Shown: positions 21,228-34,235, counted from the first letter of the whole stretch. The stretch: 63,999 nucleotides of DNA, filler included, from Piptocephalis cylindrospora (GCA_003614145.1; 25 parts of 25 records of this genome joined end to end with filler, not necessarily neighbours in it); one strand, 5' to 3'. The notes: generated from the letters alone by a model not told the origin. Program-made: numbers and translations.

Positions 21228-23438
21228 ACTATTTGACTGTGAACGGGTAAATGAGACGTTGGTGAGAAGCCCCATAAATGGTTCCTCCCTCCATCGCTCA
21301 ATAAACCCAGAACACACCTAACGTCGGTGTCTTACTCCCATAAAGGGCGTAAGTCAAGCCGACAGTAGTTATCAAATGGCAACAGAGTTGCTCGCGTGCG
21401 GACAGTAGGATATGGTAGGATAAATCCACCATTCCTATCATCCATCACGGATGGGCTAGGACTCTCTGTCCCCAAAAGTCAGATCAAGTCATGCTCCAAA
21501 GTGAAGAGACTCGTATACCTGAAAATTAGGTAGAGAGAGCACCAACGCATCTGTAAAGGAATCTAGGTCTTTAGGATATTTTCCCAGTCGCACCCAGAAT
21601 CAAGTACCATAACAGAACTCCTTAACTCAACACACCACACAAAGGAAATAGAGTACGACCAAGGTGTAAACCAAGGTTACTCTAAACCCAAGGAGGGGAA
21701 GAGGAAAGGGGAACGATGGACAAGATGTGGGCGAAACTACAGAGTCAGCAGGATGATCGTGGTTTCCACTCACAGCGACCTATCGGTTAGGAAGGTTGCT
21801 GCCGGGCCTACCAGCCATACTGGACTGACAAGAAGTTGGCGAATATTCTTTCCCCGCAAAGGGTAGGAATACACACATCGGATCAGGTGTCCGCTGAAGC
21901 TGAGGGCTATTACCCCCCCAAGATCCTCAGGGACAACTTAGGGACCGTTCCTTGGATGACCGTAAAGGAAACCAAAGAACAATGCCCCTCAAGGTAAAGT
22001 CCTGGTAAGACCTGCGTTCCTTTTCAGGAAAGACGCTGATACATACCAAGCCTTGACACCATGAGTCCAAAGACCCTGTCAATTCGAAGGTGTGAAAGGC
22101 ATCTGGCATCAGACCCACCCATCCCCAAGGGGAAGAGAGAGAAGGATTCAGATACAATGCACGATTTCGTGACATGGGTATAAAATACGTAAGGAGCAGA
22201 TAAACAGTGTCTACCGCTCAACAGATACGTCTACTTGACCCAAGTCTAGTTCCTTTTCCCACACAAATCCTCTAGAGGAAATAGGGTACGTTCGGTTCTA
22301 AACTTGGGAAGGCCCTACTGGGGAACGGACTAATCAGACGAATACACGCCCTCAAAACCGCTGACTACCCAGTAGACGAGAGTGGTTAGTAACTTGAAAA
22401 GAAAAGAAACCATGAAGTTTAGATAGTACGTGAAGCCGAGGCTTCACACACTTTCTTCACTTCCTGACTCCTCCTCTTCTCTCGTCACCCCTTCTCCACG
22501 TAGATGCAAAACCCCCCCTTTTTGCACATAACCTTTTCCGCGCTGGGATACACGTCGGTGTTCTTGTTTCGACCTTCCCCCTGGGCTTAGCGTGTTGCCA
22601 CACACCCACATACGCCACAACACGCCTGCACAAACATCCACACACAAGTTCCAGAACGTAAAGTCCCCGCTCTCCCCTCTCTCTACACACACACACACAC
22701 AAAAGTGCCAGAAAGTAAAGTTCCTCGCCCCTCCTCTCCTCACGCACTCTCCCATTTGCCCCACAGGTCAATGACTTTGGTCCCCCCCTAGAGAAGGGAA
22801 GTACCCCCACACCCAAGAGGAGAGAGCACACAGATACACACGAAAGTCAAAGTCCTCTCTTCCCCACACACACACACACTGACCATATGCACACGATAGG
22901 GATCTCACCCATCCCCTTTCCCCATGAATATGATGAGCCTTCCCCCTATCCTTAGCTTCCCCACCATTCTCACACTAGGAAACTCATTGTCCGTTCCTAA
23001 ACCTCTCTCCCTTACATACATCCAAGTTCATGGCCTTCCATCCCTCCTCTACAGAGCTTGAAAGAGCATCATCATGGCCACTCCTCCCTCTCAATCCTAT
23101 CCAGGATATCTCCCTTGCATTTATCATGATCTTTCATAAATACTATTACTTTCTACCCATCTTTCTTCTTCCCACTCCTCTTTTCCCCCACCCCTTCAAT
23201 CATCCATTTATCCTCCATCCCTAGCATATTCCCCCATACTTCTCCATACTCCCCCCATACCTCCCCTTCCTCTTCTTCCCTCCCCCCATACCATCATTCA
23301 TCCTTTCTCCATCCTCTTCCTTCCCATCTTCCCTTTTTTCCTCTTTCCCCACCCCCACCCTTTTCTACCCTCCCATGGGTCTCCCCACCACTCCCCCCCC
23401 CAGTTCGTCGACCCGCTCAGAGTCCACCTGTGGATCCT
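21228..23438 (-). other. rDNA 5' external transcribed spacer and intergenic spacer
   Basis: Non-coding sequence directly upstream of the 18S 5' end; CA-rich subrepeats at about 22600-22880. Confidence 0.8.
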
Positions 23439-23538
23439 NNNNNNNNNNNNNNNNNNNNNNNNNNNNNNNNNNNNNNNNNNNNTTAATTAATTAANNNNNN
23501 NNNNNNNNNNNNNNNNNNNNNNNNNNNNNNNNNNNNNN

Positions 23539-25968
23539 AGATCCAACAATTGATGAAGGCCCATCAGGGTCAAAGCTACCTCGATATGAAGGGGGGGGGT
23601 GAAGGGGGAGGGAGTGAGAAACAAAGATAAGAGTAGAGGTATTGAACTCCAGAGATCAACCCTTTCCACCACAGCTATCTTGTAGCATACGATTCCGTGT
23701 CCTTTCTCTCCTATTTGGAAACCATTGCAGCCGCAAGCTCCCCTGGATCCTCAGCATTGGCTTCGAAGGACGGGTCGCCCTGGCTTTTCATGGATGCTTC
23801 CGATACTATATTTACTTTGGCGAGGAAGAGGGTTTATTCAAAAGCGGATGAGGAAGAGGGACATGTGCAGACCCCTGGTTTGCCTGCGGGAATCAAACCT
23901 ATTTTGGAGATTCAACCCAAGTGGTCCTTATTCTTATCCATCCTGGAAGAAGTACGAGATGAAACTAAGGCAAAGCAAGAGGAAAAAAGTAAGTGGCAGG
24001 TTATTGGCAGCATTTGATGCAAATCCCCTTTTCAGTATCCCTAATCGTCTCTCTCTGTCCATGTCATCCAACTTAGGCTCTAGCTCACACTATCCCATGC
24101 TCGTCATGTGCGCCGAGTCAAGGACATGTGATCAACTGGGATATATTTTAAAGGAGTGGGAAACCACGACAGTAAACAAGGATCAGAACGGGAAGAAGAA
24201 AAATGGCCTTCTGGGTAGGAAGGAGGTTCAGCCAGGACAAAGGATGATGTTGGATAGGCTACAGAGGTACTTTACTTGGAAAAAGGGCGTACGTTCCCTT
24301 GTTGTCACGGGAGCTCCGGGAGGTGGGGGGGAGTCTGGATCTAGGGAAAGGGTGGATACACCGATCGGACCCAGAACCTTTTCCAGTAAGCGCTAATGAC
24401 GTGAGGGTAAGGTGGGCAAAGGCTCATCCAGTACATCCTCATCGTCTCTTATCCAGGATCAGGAGATCGGTCTCGGGGCCAAGCGACTCCCTGGAGAGGT
24501 CAGGGGCCAGGGGGTCAGATGCCATCTTATAAGCGTCGCCGGGTACGAGGGGCAAGTCAAACAGCTTCTGGGTCAACCTCTCGAATCACTCCATCTTCCT
24601 CTTCAATTGTATCCAATGAGGCAGTCTCGGAGAGCGAGTCTGCCCTGGATCAGGACCCGTTGGATTTAACCGAGAAGGTTGTACTTGTGGAGCATGATGA
24701 CCATTTATTCTCCCCATATTTTGGTCTTCTTTCCCCGGAAAAGGATGATCTAGTCCACATACGTGCCTACCAAGGTGAAGGGGAGGACGAGCAAATGCTC
24801 GAAGATATAAAACCACGCACAGTCGTCCTGTATGATGCCACCATTGAGATTGTCCGACAACTAGAGTTTCACCAAGCTAGGCACCAGGATCGCCCGATGC
24901 GCATCTACTTTCTTACCCACGCTGAGTCCATTGAGGAGCAACAGTACCTCGGGTCAGTCCGAAGGGAGAAGGAGGCCTTTGAGCGGCTCATCCAAGAGAG
25001 TTCCGTCATGTCTATCCCTCTGGATGTGGTCACCAGAAAGGGGCCTCCAGGTGCCGATGATGAGGACGTTAATGCTAACACTCAGTACCTAAGAACCTTT
25101 TCCTCCCGCATTGCCGGTGGGGGCAGCAGGAGTGTGGTCCGTAAGGAGAATAAGGTAAGTTCTTTGATGATATTGGACAGCACCATAAAGTCAGCCATGA
25201 CACGCCTCATCCCCCATTATCCGTTGGAGTACGTAGGTCATTGTAGATATGCGAGAGTTCCGTAGCTCTCTTCCAGGGATCCTCCATGCTCAATCCTTCG
25301 TGGTCATTCCATGCACCCTGGAAATTGGGGATTATATCCTTAGTCCAGAGGTGTGTGTTGAGAGAAAGAGTATTGCCGATCTCATTCAGTCCTTCTCCTC
25401 GGGCCGATTGTACGTTACTAATTGGCGCGGGCTAAGGGATGGAGCTGTGTAAAGGAAATCATGGCTCATCCAATACTTCTTTCCCTTGCGAATACTAGGT
25501 TCAATCAAGTAGAGAAGATGCTCTCATCGTACAAGACTCCTGTCCTGCTGATTGAATTCGATGAGGCCAAGGCCTTTTCTCTTCAGGCAAGTGGATCTAG
25601 ATGAATTAAAGGGGTAAACTTTCTCATGCCCCATCTTACATTCCCCCTCATCATGGCCCGGTAGGTGGCAGGGGAACAAAAGCCGGAAATCTCCCTGGCG
25701 GACCTTTCTAGTAAGCTCACCCTTCTTCTCTTACACTTTCCCCGGCTACGTATTCTTTGGTCTTCCTCCCCCATGGCTACATCGGAAATGTTTCAGGATT
25801 TACAGGTACGCTTTTTAAAGAACGGATGGATTAGAAGTGAGAGGAAACGTTCTCACCCGGTACCTAATTCACCAGATCAACCAAGATGAGCCGGATGCTC
25901 AAGTGGCCAGTCGAGTTGGCCTAGACCGGTCCGACGAAATGGAAAAAGAGTTTAATCCTACCCCTCAG
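23539..25968 (+). CDS. ERCC4: XPF/ERCC4 (Rad1/Rad16/MEI-9) DNA repair endonuclease, internal part, multi-exon
   Basis: [39 protein letters not shown], nuclease core [36 protein letters not shown]. Confidence 0.93.
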
Positions 25969-26143
25969 GTACAAGTAGGGGAAAGGGACTGATTTTTCTG
26001 TCCTGTTGATGTCAGTCCATCCTCCAATCCCTTTGACCATTCCNNNNNNNNNNNNNNNNNNNNNNNNNNNNNNNNNNNNNNNNNNNNTTAATTAATTAAN
26101 NNNNNNNNNNNNNNNNNNNNNNNNNNNNNNNNNNNNNNNNNNN

Positions 26144-27558
26144 AGGATATGATATTGTTGTTGTTTGGGTGGGTGAGAAAGGGCAGAAGATAAAGCCCAC
26201 ATCATTTCCTCCCTCTATTACACGTACCGGCTCATGTCCAAGGCCCCAATTGATGTAGTAAACCAGGACAACAGCGAGATCAATCAGTGTTAACGGGGCT
26301 AATCATCGAGAAGGATGGGTGGTGTGAGTGGCTGGAACTACAAAAATAGATCCGCCTCCCTGCCCCTATACGTACAAAGAGCAAAATTGACAAAATGTTC
26401 CAATCGGTCGGAGTGGGCAAAGATGCGCAGAGCCAACTCGATTGTATAGATGAGGATGATGGCTGTGTCAATAGCAGACCACCCAATGTTCAGCTCGTCG
26501 GATCTTAGGAATGGGATGGTCTCAATGACAGTGATGAAAGCGCCAAAGAGAATGCTAATCGCAACAAAGACCGAGACGTAAAAGGCCATTTTGGATGATG
26601 AAGGGTCCTCGATGAGAAGATAGACCCATCTTATCCGTTCATCCTATCGACATGGAAAGGAGGATATGAATACTCTTTTTTTCCACGCCCTGCCACTTTC
26701 CTTGACACCAAGGCTTACCCGAATGTACACGGCAATGTCGTCCATATGACCTGAACCAAGTTTCTGCAGGTCAAAAGCCCCGCTCACATCCTCAGCGGCC
26801 ATATCCTCCTCGTCATCCCCCTCACGGTCATATCCCATCCCTCGATCTTCATCCAACCCCATGCCCATCTCATACCGGTCTTCATTGATCCCCCCAAGAC
26901 GGAACCTTGGGGTCGTCGGGCTGGATAAGGGGTGACGGCTGAGCCTGGACCCACCCTGAGCGGTATTATGGGCGCCAGTATGCTCAGCCAATAGGATAGT
27001 ATCATCCTCCTCAGCCGCGGAAATCCGCTCAAGGGGCCAGGCATCGCTCAGACCCGCGGGTAGAGCGTGTCGGGAAGGATCATCCCGTCTCTCCGATCCA
27101 TGGTTCATCTTTCGAAGCTGAATCCCATCATCCATAGTCCCAGGTAGTGTGGTATCCCCATGGCCTTCGAGGGTAGCAGAGGCTGAGGAGTACGACGCGT
27201 TCTTCCGATGTCGATCTCCCTTTCCTAATCCTGGGGATCGTGGGCGGGAATAGGGGCTATCCCTGGGGGGTAGGGCGGCTGTAGAGGAGCTAGCCGATGA
27301 GGGTCGGGCACGGACTGGGGAATTGGACAGACCAGTGGGCACTGTGGGCGGGGTCTGGCTCCACTGGTCCTCCTGCGTCCCATCGCCCTTGACAGAGTGA
27401 TGAGATACGGTTGGAGACGTGACGGAGGGTTTGGCCTGTCTCCCAGTAATTCGGTAAGTGGGTCGGGGGGCGGGGAAGGCATCGGAAGGGCTAGAGGTGC
27501 CCTCCTCTCCCTCCCCGCCAATTCGAGTGTATGGGTTGCTCTGGGATGCCGGAGCCAT
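26144..27558 (-). CDS. Voltage-gated (Kv-like, 6TM) cation channel: N-terminus plus S1-S3, 3' truncated
   Basis: WVYLLIEDPSSSKMAF, S1 ..VIETIP, S2 IYTIELALRIFA, S3 LIDLAVV; S4 and pore are not in the window. Confidence 0.75.
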
Positions 27559-28637
27559 AGGAGTACGTGTCCAGTAAGTGGGCGGGTGAATGAAGTCTCT
27601 AGAGGAAAACAAAGAAAAGTCTTTGAATGGGATACTATAGTCAATGGAGAAAGATAAGGAAGGAATAGGAAGGAAGTTGAGAGGGACACGTTGGCCTGCT
27701 TGGGAATCCATCCCAGCTTCCATTCTCCTCCTCTTGTGTCCAGGGCAAGATGGAAAGCCTTGAGGCTACTCCACTAAATGTGAGTGGATGGGCGGATGAG
27801 TGGGGGCGAGCAGGGACGGTCCTTCTCCTCCAGTCCTTGGCCACGCCTTGGGGTCGTGGTGAGACAGCCCCGCCTGTCCTGCCTATAGTCCAGCACTGTA
27901 CCACTTAGCCTAGGGTTTATTTGCCATGCCATGCCAAGCCGAGTATCAGCTGTGTGCTCGTTCCCCGGACACCGCTCTTCCCCTAGAAAAGTACACAGAT
28001 CAACAGCACCTGTCTGTATGTGTCCCACTGCGGACCACCTCGGCTTGGTTTTTAAGTAGGGAGATAAGAGGGAAAGACCAAGCTGTCAGGATGGAGCTCT
28101 TGTGAGTAAAGACTCCTCCTTTTATACACCGATTTCCCCATTTCCATTCCCCATCCCTCGCCCATAAGGATGCGACCTTTGTCTCCTCGATTCCTTCGAA
28201 CAAGGCCAAAGTCCAATCGACGTGGCCCAAGGTCATCTCCCTTCTTTACCCCCGCGTCCATCGTACGACGACGAGAAGGGGAGATGGGGAGTGATGGAGG
28301 CACGAGCTTTATGCGTCCCGCCTTCTGGGGCTCCTTGATCTTGTATGGTATCATGGGTGGAGAGGTTCATGAGTAAGTCTTGGCACATCGGACATACATA
28401 TGTATAAACACCCCTCATCCATTTAAGAATGTTGGCAGATTGAATGGGTCCGCAAGGACCAGTAAAGAACAGAGTAGTGAATGTAGACACAAATGGAGGA
28501 AAGAGGGCAATGATAAATAGAGAGATAAAGAGATAAANNNNNNNNNNNNNNNNNNNNNNNNNNNNNNNNNNNNNNNNNNNNTTAATTAATTAANNNNNNN
28601 NNNNNNNNNNNNNNNNNNNNNNNNNNNNNNNNNNNNN

Positions 28638-30018
28638 GAAAATGAGGGGAGGGGGAGAAGAAGCGATGGAAGTCTATACAGATGGATCCTTACAAAAGGA
28701 TCAAAGTGGAAAAGAAAAAAATGGGATTCGCAGCAGTATTCATACAAGGCGGAGAGGTAAAAAAAGTGGTATGGGGCTGGACAGACGAAGGGGAGATGTC
28801 ATCAACCTTGGATGAAGGGCTAGCGATGGCCCTAGCCATAGCTGTGGCCCCCCAGATGTACCACTTACCCTGTACTCAGATTCACAAGCGGCTTTGGCCT
28901 CCCTGGCAGAGATGGAAAGGCCAAGGGAGGCAAGGTGCCTTACAAAGTCACCCATGGCCTTTCTATGGAGAACCGTAAAATATTGGAAGTCGCAAAGGAG
29001 AAGAGATATCCTAGGGAAGTGGGTGAGAGGACACACAGGGAATGCGGGGAATGAGAGAGAAGACGTCCTAGCTGGGAGAGCGGCAAAGGAGGGAGAGAGA
29101 CGATGGAGGTGGGAGATGGAGGGAGAAGTGTGCGAGGACACAAGGTATTGGCTGGGATGGAAAGAAGGAGGGTTGGTACTTGGAGGAAGTCGCAGGTTGA
29201 TCAAAGCCCAAGATGCCTATATTCTCCGGAATGCAGTTATCAAGCAGATCACCGAGGCGACGGGAGCAACAGGAGACGGCAAGACCCGGTCCATGGACGT
29301 TTTCAAGGCACTCTTCTGGTCACTAGACCGCAAGGGAAGAGTCAAGCACAAGAATTCAAGAAGAATCACCGGATCCCGAGACCGGGCTATAAGAGGCTTT
29401 GGCCTAGAGCTACTCTTCACATCCCCCCCCCCGGTAATGAAGAGACAAACCTCATGGTACAAGGACATCTACCAAAGAACGGAGGACTGGAAGTGTGTCC
29501 GATGTGAGGAGGCGGAGGAGGATCTCCCCCACCTACTGGCATGCTGGCAAGGTGGGGAGGTGGAAAGAGCGTGGAATGAGGAGATAGACCGGTGTACAAA
29601 GGAGAAGTGGGTGTTGCAAGAGGTGGGCAACACTGTGAAAGGAGAGGAGGGTAAGAGATGTATGCAGGGAAGAGCATACCCACCACAGGGATGGTGGACT
29701 CTGGCAGAAGCAGTAGAGGAGCGAAAACATAAACCCAGCAGAACGATCGGTCGTCGACCGATCAAGGGTCGGCGACAAGTTCAGTATCTCTTTAGAGGTA
29801 TCTTGAACACGATTTACCTGGCAATATGGCTCCCAAGATGCAAGAACCAGAAAGAAAAAGAGAGGAGAAGAGGCATAAGGGGGGCCTGGTGGCTGAGGAG
29901 AAGAAGGGAAGGAAATGGGGAGACGGGGTCAAATGAAGGGGGGGGAGCGAAGAGAAGATGGGCTGCCAAAGAGCATACCCAGCTTCCCCGGGATGAAGGA
30001 CCGAATGATTCTCTATGA
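28638..30018 (+). mobile_element. Degenerate non-LTR retrotransposon ORF2 3' end: RNase H plus C-terminal CxxC..E..HLL.C zinc knuckle, two frameshifts
   Basis: EVYTDGS / SSTLDEGLA / LYSDSQAA / WVRGHTGNAGNEREDVLA spread over three frames; CVRCEEAEEDLPHLLAC; YLAIWLPRC. Confidence 0.78.
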
Positions 30019-30771
30019 GAGGAACAGAAAGGAGCAAGACGGCTAGATCCCGCAGTGTTAGTTGTTATTCTTTCGACACACGCCGAGCACCACAAGGTGC
30101 GCGGTACCACGCGCGTTCACATCACAGTATGGGAGGGCAGCGTTCGGGTCTTATGCCAACGCCGATAGGCGGCTTGCTTCGTTTTGGAGTGAAAATTTCA
30201 CACAAAAAGAACAAATATATGGTCTTTCAAGTCAAGGGCTTGGCTCTCTTTATCTTGAGGAACCTTGAATCGGTAAAATGTAACTTGGGGACGTGTTCTT
30301 AACTAGGATCAATTCTTATCAAAGGGTATCTTAATCAGGGGAGGGTTCACGAGGAGGAGAGGATGGAAAAATGGAGGGAAATTTGACATGTATTCTTCAG
30401 ACTAGCGCAAAAAGGGATCGAATGTCTAGCTACTTATACCTTTCTTCCTCACTAACAGGAAGCTCATGAACGGGAGTGGAGGGGGATGTCGGTAAAGGAA
30501 GAGGGCGGAATTTATGAAGAAGACAAGGGCATTCAAAGGGCGGAGGTTTGAAGTACTTGAACAAGGATCCGGCTGAGCTTCCCATGTAAAATAAGGATAA
30601 GGCTTAGATGGGGTTCAAGGGTGTCCTTGTCCTTCGTAATGCATGGCTAATGGAGGGGCGGGGTCATGATAAGCACATCCTTGTGCATAGTAGGCGCTAC
30701 CCAACAATATCCTCCGGAAGACACCGCTCTTCCGATGTGCGGGCATCAATTGCCCCACAATTGCATTATAT

Positions 30772-31075
30772 TGTTATTGTTAGGGGTATAGTTTAGTGGG
30801 CGGGTATAAATGGGTGAGGGGGTGAATTCAGATGTAAAGCGGCTTAATCTTTCAATGTATTGGGAATGTCAACCGAAAGTCCAGTATTTTATAGAGGATC
30901 ACCCAGGCGGGTGATTCTCTATATTTAGGACCATGCTAGGATATCCTTGCGCTGTCGACTCTTTTATTATGATCATGAGGAATCCTTTCTTACTTTGGTC
31001 CTTGTCCTTTGTTTCTGGGGCTTCCCACAGGCATTCCTTTCACGCGGAAGGCACAACGACTTCCCAGCCGTTACA
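30772..31075 (-). mobile_element. Solo LTR-like element (304 bp, TGTAA...TAACA) with ATAT target-site duplication
   Basis: ATAT at 30768-30771 and 31076-31079; colinear with 36545-36854. Confidence 0.75.
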
Positions 31076-31502
31076 ATATGCTACTATTATGATGATAAAA
31101 CCAGATTTTATTACCCCGTGTGGGGCTGGCTAGAGGGTANNNNNNNNNNNNNNNNNNNNNNNNNNNNNNNNNNNNNNNNNNNNTTAATTAATTAANNNNN
31201 NNNNNNNNNNNNNNNNNNNNNNNNNNNNNNNNNNNNNNNGGAAGCAGCGTAGGGACACCACATCCATCTCCATCTCCCCTTCATCCTCCTCCTCCACCGC
31301 CTCCACCATCTCCAACTCGGGTGACTCCACCTCTATGGATACCTCCTGTAAGCTCGTCTCTTTTCTCATCCCACACATTCATTCATATCATCCCCTCCCG
31401 CTAACAACACTAATAATAAACCCCTTCATCCCCTCCGTATACACAGCTACTCCCCAGCAGGTCCCAAAGAGGCTCTCAAGTCTCAATAATCTAAATAGTC
31501 CC

Positions 31503-33113
31503 CTCGGCATCATCGGAGCCCCCACCGGCGGCACGGGAGACACATCGGGTAACGACCTTGGGGTAACATCTCTTATGGCAAGTGAAGCGACAATCCTCAC
31601 AGGAGTAGCCGGAGCCATTAAGGAGGAACTCGGCGCAAAGGGCACACTTGACAATGTTGTAGAATTGCTGAGAGACGAAACGATGACCGTGCAACTCATG
31701 GACCTCCTCTCTCCGCTTCCTCACAGCACCCTGACGACCGAGACGGGAGGTGGCGCGGCCTCCGGCCTTGCCCTTGCCGGCTCGACGACCTCCCTCACGG
31801 ACGTACCGGAGTTGAAGGTGGATCTGACCGACGGGCTCCACGTCCCACCAGCCTTCCACGGAGATGGAGGGGACATTGGAGCCTGGGGCGACCACGGAGC
31901 CTGCGCCGGAACCCGAGGGTTGTTGCTGCTGTTGGCGAAGACGGGCGGACTCCTCCTGGAAGATACTGGATTCGGCGGGGGCATTGGGGTCAGAGGAATC
32001 GGAACGACCATGGGAAGTGTGGGCCGAGGAGCCCAAGGCAGCCTGATCCTGCTGACGCCGAAGTTCCTCGACAAGTTCGGCCAACTTGAACCAAGTGAGC
32101 CCGACAGGGATCTCCTGGTCGCCGCCACCCCGGTCGTACAGGGTCAATTCAATTTCATTGGCCCGTTCAAGGGGAATGGACATTTCCTCGCCCCATCGCT
32201 GTTGCTTGCTGACGCGCGTCCTACCGAAGGATTCACTGTCCACACGGACGGCCACACTGGTCTCGGGGCCGGTGGCCCCACGGAAGACACCACGAGCCGG
32301 GGCATGAGCAAGTTGACGGGCCATACCGATCTTGATGTAGAGGGTACCGGTCACACCGCGACGGGCAGCAGCGGCCTTGAGACGACGAGAGCTGAGGCCG
32401 GGGACAGCGGCATTCTGGCTTTCCTCCTCCTCGACCTCGGGCTTTTTTGGAACCGTACCTTCCTCATCCTCCTCGTCATCCTCGTCATCGCCGATGTAGA
32501 GACCTTGGTAGCGTTGGAGAGCACGCTTGAGGAGGACGAGTTTCTCATTGCTCTCGGCAATCTTGTTGGAGACCTCAGCACGGGACTTTTTATCACCCAT
32601 GGAGGGGTCGAGAGAGTAGAGTTTGTTCATGCGTTCGGTGGCGACTTTGACCTTTTTTTCAACGTCGAGCTTGAAGGCAATCTCATGAAGCTTTAGGGTG
32701 ACCTTTGCAGTGCTGATGGGGGCCTCGGCCTTGCGTTGGTCGAGGTCGGTGGTGCATTTTCTTGCCGGGGCAGTGGATGTAACGGAGGAGGGGAAGGCTG
32801 CGGCAGCGGCCTGGGGGGACAAGGATCCAGAGGGGCTTTGGGAAAGGCCGACGGGACTATTTAGATTATTGAGACTTGAGAGCCTCTTTGGGACCTGCTG
32901 GGGAGTAGCTGTGTATACGGAGGGGATGAAGGGGTTTATTATTAGTGTTGTTAGCGGGAGGGGATGATATGAATGAATGTGTGGGATGAGAAAAGAGACG
33001 AGCTTACAGGAGGTATCCATAGAGGTGGAGTCACCCGAGTTGGAGATGGTGGAGGCGGTGGAGGAGGAGGATGAAGGGGAGATGGAGATGGATGTGGTGT
33101 CCCTACGCTGCTT
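31503..33113 (-). CDS. PKC1: Protein kinase C (fungal Pkc1): HR1b, C2 and C1 region, inverted relative to its 5' exons
   Basis: AFKLDVEKKVK..KLVLLKRALQRY (HR1), pseudosubstrate LGRQGAVRKR, C1 HRFVSQQFYNIVKCALCAEFL..CEDCRFTCHKRCY. Confidence 0.9.
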
Positions 33114-33172
33114 CCCCATTGCGCAATCCCCTCTTCCTTATCAACATCCTTTCCCTACAACAACACTACACC

Positions 33173-33740
33173 ATGTCGGTAAGTCTTCCTGTCCCACCCT
33201 ACCCTACCCTTTCTTCCTATCTTGATTTCCTTCCTCTCCCCTCTCTTTCTTTACCATCTCACACCGCCCTTCTTCTCTCTTTAACCATAGGACTTGGATG
33301 GAAAAATCGCCGAGTTACAACGAAAGATCCAGGTGGAGTTACAATGCAAAAAGGCCGGTCAGATGATGCGGACCCAGCTTCGGGATCGTCAAGCCATTGC
33401 TCAGTGTGATCAATCCATACACGATGCCCAAAAGCGTATCGAGTTTCTCGAGGCCGAAATGGCCAAGGTCGCCATGAGGAAGCAGCGTAGGGACACCACA
33501 TCCATCTCCATCTCCCCTTCATCCTCCTCCTCCACCGCCTCCACCATCTCCAACTCGGGTGACTCCACCTCTATGGATACCTCCTGTAAGCTCGTCTCTT
33601 TTCTCATCCCACACATTCATTCATATCATCCCCTCCCGCTAACAACACTAATAATAAACCCCTTCATCCCCTCCGTATACACAGCTACTCCCCAGCAGGT
33701 CCCAAAGAGGCTCTCAAGTCTCAATAATCTAAATAGTCCC
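33173..33740 (+). CDS. PKC1: Protein kinase C (Pkc1) 5' exons, HR1a
   Basis: ATG TCG|gtaagt..tag|GAC TTG gives MSDLDGKIAELQRKIQVE..IHDAQKRIEFLEAEM. Confidence 0.85.
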
Positions 33741-33840
33741 NNNNNNNNNNNNNNNNNNNNNNNNNNNNNNNNNNNNNNNNNNNNTTAATTAATTAANNNN
33801 NNNNNNNNNNNNNNNNNNNNNNNNNNNNNNNNNNNNNNNN

Positions 33841-33893
<53 letters not shown>

Positions 33894-34235
33894 GGTTGAA
33901 AGAGGCGATCTACCTTGAACAAGGGTTCGATAGGGAAGGGGATGGGGTCTGTGGAGGAAACGCCTACATCTGTGTCCATGGGCATAGCATCTCCTTCCTG
34001 AGTGAGGATGAAAACAGGATGGCCAATGTGACATGGGTCATAGTGACCTATGTAGGTCATTTTCTCCGAGTCGAAAGGGGGGGAGGGGGAAGGAGAATAC
34101 ATCTCAAGAAGAATGGAGAACGGCATATCTACTTACCACAACAACAAAACTGTTTTCATTTTCACTCTTACTGCACTGCATTGCATTGATCATCTACTCT
34201 TTCGCTTGAACCAAACGCACAGAAACACACAGGAA

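Larger units (their letters stand above)
31240..33740. repeat. ~261-bp PKC1 segment present three times (31240-31500 +, 32853-33113 -, 33480-33740 +)
   Basis: Identical sequence GAAGCAGCGTAGGGACACC...CTAAATAGTCCC, including an intron. Confidence 0.9.

Noticed and set aside
21017..21317. ORFs of 94 and 70 aa
   Set aside because: Spurious translations of 18S rRNA and ETS
27750..28490. Possible small multi-exon plus-strand gene divergent from the channel gene
   Set aside because: Splice-like signals exist but I could not build a recognisable or long product
31335..32696. 453-aa plus-strand ORF
   Set aside because: Antisense shadow of PKC1 caused by codon bias; the same applies to 59575-60387, 37469-38260, 46772-47344 and 10503-11234
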